DNA of 64,000 nt from NCBI GenBank assembly GCA_964016885.1, contig OZ024750.1, positions 33,170,001 to 33,234,000 on the forward strand, read 5' to 3'. Of the stretch, positions 56,874-64,000 are shown piece by piece. The first letter of the stretch is position 1; each line of letters begins with the position of its first letter. Origin of the DNA: Eledone cirrhosa (taxonomy: Eukaryota). Below the pieces are notes generated by a model. The model saw only the letters and a list, made by a program, of their open reading frames with translations. It was not told where the DNA came from and did no database searches. The translations under genes and the position numbers were made by a program.

Positions 56874-58014
56874 AGCTCGATAGAATAATGACGTAAATAT
56901 ATCTGTATCTGATATAAATGACCTGATATATGTAAGTCTGCATAATTTTATAAACTAGAATCAATAAGTATGTAAATCAAAACTACAAATAGCGAAACAA
57001 GTTTGTTAACAAACTATGAAAAATAACATTAAACAATAGAGAAATGACAGAGTATATGTAAAGTCAAAAATACGTAAATGAAAGGAAGACCAACAAAGAT
57101 TAATATAAAGCTTTGTATAGTTAAAACTGAATATGAGCTTAACTAAATTTAAAAGAAAATTATTTACTGAACTGATGAATGCAATATGCCATAAATTCTG
57201 CTCCAAGAATTTTATTGTATGAATGGACACGATATTGTCCTCTTCCTACGTCAGTCTGGAATTGTAATAAATCTTGTGAGAACAATCCCTGCAATAAACT
57301 GCTTCTATATCCAAATGTATGCTTTATGGGTCGTTAAACAATAAAATTATAAATCCGTTATTCACTACGCGAAAAATCAATACGTTTTAACATTTCGGGA
57401 AAAATGTGAGAAAGCAAAAATATCTTTGAAATAAATAAATAACATTGCAAATAATTATACAAAACACATATAAAATATTATATTCCCACAGCAAAAATAT
57501 TTACTTATAAAATTCTAAAATATTTATATAACATTCACATAAAGATAACATGGAGATTGAAACATTCATAGTCAAACAATTTGAAATAGCAAAGTGACTA
57601 CTAGTCATATTTTAGAATACCAGTAAGTTTTACTACGTCTGCTGAAATATCTTCTTACTCCGAGATGTAAATATATATATATAGTAGAATAATCGAGTAT
57701 CGAAAAATCGGCGCACGAGTTCACGATAAACAAAATTCGAAATGAGCGGCAGAGGGCTCAATAATTCAGATAAATCAGAGCTATAACTATAGTTAAAATA
57801 CCGTCACACATAGAACAAGTCTATAATCAACCATACGACCGAAAAATTGCGATCTGGAAGATTCGGGACACTCAGATAAAATATCAATAAATCAATAAAT
57901 CAAATGAATGTAAAAAGCATACCCGGACCCGCTAGAAAGATGGTAAATCTAGCTTCTTGGGTTTCTGTAAATCCTTAAACTGCCCTCTATCAGCTCACAT
58001 AAAAATATATAAGA

Positions 58015-58097
<83 letters not shown>

Positions 58098-58124
58098 AAC
58101 GTAATCTGAGTTTTGCGAATATTA

Positions 58125-58317
58125 ATAATTGTTTCTACTTTTGGCACACGGCCAGAAATTACCCAGTACAATACTGGTACTTTACTTTATCGACCCCGTA
58201 AAGATGAAAGGCAAAGTTAACCTCGGCGAGATTTAAACTCAGATCATAAAGGGACGTAACTCTATGCTTCAAAGCATGGCGTCTGACCCTCTACCGATAC
58301 TGCCAATCCACCGCCCT
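58125..58317 (-). mobile_element. SINE family 1, full length
   Basis: Reverse complement of the consensus. CGAATATTAATAAT occurs on both sides (probable TSD). Confidence 0.92.
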
Positions 58318-58961
58318 ACGAATATTAATAATAATATTCGATTCGTTTCCAACTAGGCAAACAGCCTCGTTTTTAAAGTCATGTCAGTAGAATGAACCCT
58401 TCATTCTTGCTCTTGTGTTGCCATGTAAACAGAACTGCAGACACTAATGTTTCTGGGTACTACCCTTCATCAGTACAGTTCACTGTTCAACTGCCAACTG
58501 TCAGAGCTAGTGAAAATATATATTTTCTAAAATATACAGTGACATTTTCAAAATTATCAGTTTGGATTTCGGGGATTTGTATATTAAAATGACAAAACGT
58601 CAAAGTTGAACCACAGCAAAGCTTAGGCGTTTTGGTATAATAGCTGATGAGCTAGGTCTACTCGTTGAAGGAGATTATGAGTTTGTGTGCTTATATATAT
58701 CTTTCAGATTCAGGAGCACCCACTCCATCACAGGGAGGTTAGAGCCTGGGCTGTATTGGGTTTGAAATTTAGTTTATACAGGTCTAGATGTCTGCTGCCA
58801 GCTAGCTATCCACGTCTGAATCATGTTGAAATCTGAGTTTCACAGCTGCGAGAAAGAGAGGCGTGACAACAGACCGAGTTTGCTTAACTGGATAAAAATA
58901 AAAATGAAGAAAATAGCTTACACATTGCTGACGACTTACTCAGTCAAATTGGCAATCTTAA

Positions 58962-59003
<42 letters not shown>

Positions 59004-59566
59004 TGAGTAATAAATTATTGTTATAGGTAGTCCACTTGAGTGTAGTCCAGTTATGGTACTCCGGGTAGTGGATGATATCAACGCTTGGCTAAGTTTGACT
59101 CAACAAGGCGTTTCCATAGTGATGCTGCGAGTACGCTGTAATTCCTATGTTGTAACCACTTGGAGTAATGATAAATCATGAAAGAAGAGTGACACGGTTT
59201 GCTATACAAAAAAGGTTTTTAATCTTATTGCTGACAATTGTTTCTCTGAACTGGTAGGTCTAGAGATCGCTACCCGCTTATTTTCACGTTATTCGATCAC
59301 CAATACAAAGTTATAACCAGTCGGAGCTTGTGAGAATGAAAAGAATATACAGGCATGGCTACTATATATAGTAGTAATGGCATTCAATCAGAACAATAAC
59401 AACAATACTAACAATGCTAGCAATAAATTATTTGAAATAATCAGAACATCAATCTAGGTGGGAAGTATAGTATATCTACGATTTTAGCGTGTAAAACTAG
59501 CTGACATGAGGCAGATGTATAAAATTGACATGTAAGAGGTGTCATTGGGTGTATTATATAGAATAC

Positions 59567-59750
59567 TTGTTTCTACTTTAGGCACAAGGTCAGCAATTAC
59601 CCAGTGCATTACTGGTACTTCATTTTATCGACCTCGTAAGGATGAAAGGCAAAGTCAACCTTGGCGGGATTTGAACTCAGATCATAAATGGACGTAACTA
59701 TGCTGGAAAGCATGGCGTCCGACCCTCTACCGATACTGCCAATCCACCAT
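59567..59750 (-). mobile_element. SINE family 1, full length
   Basis: Reverse complement of the consensus. Confidence 0.9.
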
Positions 59751-59774
59751 CATGCTCAGTAACATAATGTTGAC

Positions 59775-59925
59775 CAGTCATGGATAAACTGCGACCCGCG
59801 AGCCGAATGCGGTCCGTTTGGCTTTCTGAATGGTGGCACGCCTAACTTCAAAACAGACTTGAATTTTTTTTTTTTATGAGGCACACCCTATGCGGTCCAC
59901 TGCTCGAAAATGTTACCCATGCTTG
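59775..59925 (-). mobile_element. hAT MITE, second copy
   Basis: Reverse-orientation homologue of 20151-20320 (CCGTTTGGCTTTCTGAATGG, CCACTGCTCGAAAA). TSD is degraded. Confidence 0.7.
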
Positions 59926-59994
59926 CTTTAGACTATGTTGATCTTCCATAAAATATCTTATATTGATTTAATTTATTATTTATTTCTACCGTTA

Positions 59995-60182
59995 GGGCGG
60001 TGGATTGGCAGTATCGGTAGAGGCGGACGCCATGCTTTCCAGCATAGTTACATCCCTTTACCATCTGAGTTCAAATCCCGCCGAGGTTGACTTTGCCTTT
60101 CATCCTTACGGGCTCGATAAAATAAAGTACCAGTAATGCACTGGATAATTGCTGGACTTGTGCCTAGAGTAGAAACAATTAT
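59995..60182 (+). mobile_element. SINE family 1, full length
   Basis: Flanked by the direct repeat TTATTTATTTCTACCGTTAG (TSD). Confidence 0.92.
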
Positions 60183-62069
60183 TTATTTCTACCGTTAGAT
60201 TTTCGTCATATCATTTGAATGCTCCATTTTGAGATATTTATCATAAACTATATAATTCACGTTATACTTGTTCGTTTTTTCAGAATAGTATACCGTAGGC
60301 ATTCTAAGAATTGATTTGTACTTCTTGTTCTAAATGTGTTAGTTCTATCTTCCGGGTTTACGTGTTCGGTGTCTATAACTTTCAGTTTTGTGTTTTGTCG
60401 GTCTAGCTTTTTGTTTTACTTTTTCAGTTTTATATTTCTGTGTTTAAGATCGTATGATTTTTTAATATGTATTTCTTTTTAAATTAACCCAGATTGTTTT
60501 ATTTCCAGATTTTATATATGTGATCTCAAGTTGGTTTACTTTTGGGAGTATCCAGCTGTAATATATGTTTATTTTATGGAAATGTGTTTATCTCGTACGC
60601 ATTTAATGTCTTTCTACTTTATTTATATTGGCATCAATATTATCGAATAGTAGCTTTCGTTTGACGATGCGGTATTCTGAAGAGCTCGTTTTTGCAGTGA
60701 AAACACACTTTTCAATTTTATATTTAGGTCGAATGACACGGTTTTTATTTGTGTAATTTGTAATATTTTCTTTGGAGCTGAATTTATTTGGTTTCCCTTT
60801 TTCATTTATGTCCCGCTAGACGTGATGATTATTCTGAATTAGTGTGAGTAAAATGAATACAAATATGTTAATGAAATACCTACACACGTATTATTTACTC
60901 ATTATCAAACATTTGTATTCGACGTTTTTCGTTGTTATTTCATCGACATTAGTACATTCTTGAATTAGTTGTTTTCTTTTTATTAATTTTCTTTTTACAT
61001 CATCATCAACACCATCATCACCATCATCACCATCATCACCATCATCACCATCATCAGTGTTGTCATCGTAGTAGTTGTCGTCGTCATAACCATCATCCTC
61101 ATCATGAGAGAGAGAGACCACTTTCGATTGCACTGAACAGAAAGCAGAGATGCTATGGTCAAGTAGTAATATCCATTGTTCTTATAAAGACAAGGAAGTG
61201 AGAAAGAGAGGTGGATTGAATAAATGCAGGAACAACATTAAACACTGGACAGGTAAATTCTTAGCTCATAACCCAATATCTCATAGACTTCCGAAAACAA
61301 TATAAATACTAATCCTGTCCTCTAAATTATTGATTAAAGATGTATTTAAAAAGCAAATGGAATATATATATACTACAACGATGACTAAAGTACACGACCA
61401 TTGTCATTTTATCTTCCAGGTAATCGTTGGATCACAACATGGAGTCTTAAATAAATGGCTATTTGGCCCCAGTTGGTAAAGTTCAATATGTCCTTTACAA
61501 TAAAGTGCCCTCTCTAAACTGAAAATTCTTCCCATGGTGGGTTTGAGAGCGGCGATATCGATCTAACAAAAATACCTTCAATATTAGGCACATATAACAT
61601 ATACACTTATTGGGAAAGTGAATATAGAAAACATCTCCCCTTGTACTCTGATACATCCGGTAAATAAAGAAAGAATTTGTCAAGACACTGTTTCTACGTT
61701 TCTTAGATCTTACACGTTAAATTAATGGCTTAAAGAATATGCTAAATCTAACAGAGAAAGAATTGTAGCATGTGTGTTCAGGATTTGCAAATGGGCAACA
61801 AATGATACCAGGTGGTGTTGAAGTGCGCAAACGAAAACAAACATATATATAAATCCCTTGCAACTATTATTAAACTACATTTGCAACAGCTCAAGCTTCT
61901 AACAGTAATTCTCATAATTCTGTCAAAAGGTGATCAGAGAAAGCGACTAAATGAATTTTCAATCTATTGGGAATAGTAATACTTGACAGTAATCGCCTTC
62001 AATGACGTGAAAGGAACCAGAAATGTATAGCTAGAATAGTGTGCCCTTGTTTCAGCCCAATTATATACA

Positions 62070-62311
62070 TATGCACTGGGTAATTACTGGCCTTGCGCCA
62101 AAAGTAGAAACGCTTATACGTCGGTAGATTGGCAGTATCGGTAGAGTGACGGACGCTATACTTTGACGCATAGAGTTACGGCCCTTGCCATTCTGAGTTC
62201 AAATCCCGCCGAGGTTAACTTTGCCTTTCATCCTTACGGGGTCGATAAAATAAAGTACCAGTAATGCACTGGGTAATTGCTGGCCTTGTGCCAATAGTAG
62301 AAACAATTATA
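62070..62311 (+). mobile_element. SINE tail fragment followed by a full family-1 SINE
   Basis: Tail at 62070-62115, full copy at 62121-62311. Confidence 0.9.
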
Positions 62312-62411
62312 TACATATGTTTATTGTGTGTGCATGTGTGTGCATGCACGCTGCTATACGTACATATATACATATATACATATATATACATATATATACA
62401 CACGTGTATGT

Positions 62412-62534
<123 letters not shown>

Positions 62535-62577
62535 TCTATAAATATTAATACATATATATATTATATATATAATTAAT

Positions 62578-62715
62578 TATTTATTAAAATAACAGATTAA
62601 AGTTTAAGCAAAGAATCGCTGCTTTCACCCTCTAGGGTTCTTATATATTTGATATATATTTATCCTTATCGAGCCCTCTTTGAATTTTAGTCTTCACATT
62701 TATTATTATTACTAT
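62578..62715. mobile_element. Family F mini-element: inverted arm fused directly to the extension
   Basis: Left arm of the 12560 palindrome joined to the CTCTAGGG..CCTTATCGAGC extension. The forward arm is absent. Confidence 0.7.
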
Positions 62716-62944
62716 ATTATATATTATATATTATATATATATATATTTAACCTGATTGTATTTTCGTTGTTGTAGTGGTTGTGTAGCAACATGTCTCCGG
62801 TCACCCCCTAACGTATTGTTATTATTCTGAGCAATAATCTATCGATTTATCGATATCATCTCATTGAGTGCTTTGCACGAGCCTCAGAAGATTGATTTCA
62901 AAAAATGCTAATCGCAGCTGCAACTTCGATTTTACTCACTACGA

Positions 62945-64000
62945 TTATTACTATTTTTTCATAATCTTGCTTTATGTTCAAACGAGTTATCAAAAAGTCA
63001 CAACCAGTGACCTCAATAGACAACAAAGTCCGCCATGTTCAAGAAAGAACACATACACACACATGTATCTTTAGGTGTTTAGAGTTGTGGTGTATTTATA
63101 TTGACAGAATCTTCCTTAGTATATGGGCAGTTCCCATTAGTACTATCTTTTGTATTTCTTCTATACTCGGGTTTCCTATGATTTGGGATAAGTAATCATT
63201 AGACCCCTTAGGTATCATTCCTAGAGCGCCTATAACCACTGGTATTGTTTTAGTTCTCAATTTCCACATTTTTCCAATCTCCATCTCCAGGTCTTTATAT
63301 TTGCTCAATTACTCAAATGTTTTTATAGATACATCCTTGTCTATTGGAACGGACATCAATTAGCAGGCATACCCTCTTTTTAAAGTCCTTCAGTATTATA
63401 TCAGGTCTATTTGCATCTATTTTTCGGTCTGTTTGGATGCTTACGTTCCACAAAATTAAGATGTGATCTTTTTCAAGTACGGGAGGTGGTTGATGCTCCC
63501 ACCAATTCTTTTGATGGGGCAGGTCAAAATGCTTACACATTACCCAATGTATGTATTGTGCAGATCTGTCGTGCCTGTTTAGGTACTTGGTTGGAGCTAT
63601 AGGACTGTACATTGAAATTATATGATCAATGGTCTCTGGTTGTTTTACATACACGGCATAAAGGGATGTATCCATGTTTTATGATGTTGGCTTGATAATT
63701 TTATGTTGCCAGACACTGATCTTGTGCTGTTATAATCAGTCCTTCCGTCTCCGATTTCAGTCTAGAGGATGCCAACAACTGATGGGTCAAAGTTTTGTCA
63801 ACATCAGGATTGTTAGCTCTTTCTGGGTATTTTCCATACAGAGGCTTTTCTTGCCATTTCTTAGCCAGTTTCTGTAGCAGTTCTTTCTTTGAAGTTACTT
63901 TTACCTGCTTTGCTTTTTCTGTGGTTTTCATTTCAGCAATAAAGGGAACGTCTGAAATGTGTAGCTCATTAGTGTATCTTTGTGCATCTTTTGATGCTTT
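62945..64000 (-). mobile_element. Dong/R4-type non-LTR retrotransposon 3' part (continues beyond the window), frameshifted
   Basis: WQEKPLYGKY..LKSETEGLIITAQDQCLAT / ETIDHIIS..YLNRHD..IHWVMC..ILWNVSIQTDRKIDANRPDII..LLIDV / KYKDLEMEI..IPVVIGALG..IQKIVLMGTAHILRKIL. Confidence 0.92.

Noticed and set aside
57160-57330. ~55-codon open frame on the minus strand (KHTFGYRSSLLQGLF..) as a host exon
   Set aside because: No recognisable homology, weak splice signals, and the length is within chance range.

Overview
This is AT-rich, repeat-dominated eukaryotic DNA. The (TA)n/(GA)n/(GT)n load, the abundant ~190-bp tRNA-derived SINE and the RTE/Dong/Penelope remnants suggest an octopus (cephalopod) intron or intergenic region; that assignment is an inference. 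I found no intact host gene, and nearly all ORF-track entries are microsatellite or minisatellite artefacts. Recognisable content: a decayed Naiad-like Penelope-like element (PLE) interrupted by a non-autonomous Helitron, RTE, Dong/R4-type and Tx1/L1-type LINE fragments, hAT MITEs, more than 20 SINE copies, and 35-, 37-, 48- and 69-bp minisatellites. The main signal is a dense set of short non-coding cassettes embedded in (TA)n tracts, drawn from several unrelated sequence families with one shared design. Each has a minimal type-I hammerhead ribozyme (stem I-CUGANGA-stem II-GAAA-palindromic stem III-UH-stem I'), often in a long fold-back palindrome. Several also have an unpaired 3' extension that starts with a covarying bulged hairpin (RCTC-stem-loop-stem-NN-GAGY), 6-10 nt beyond the point where the inverted arm stops. 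The same ribozyme plus hairpin lies at the apparent 3' end of the PLE, which suggests these cassettes are PLE ends. All structures were read by eye, and coordinates are approximate to a few bases.
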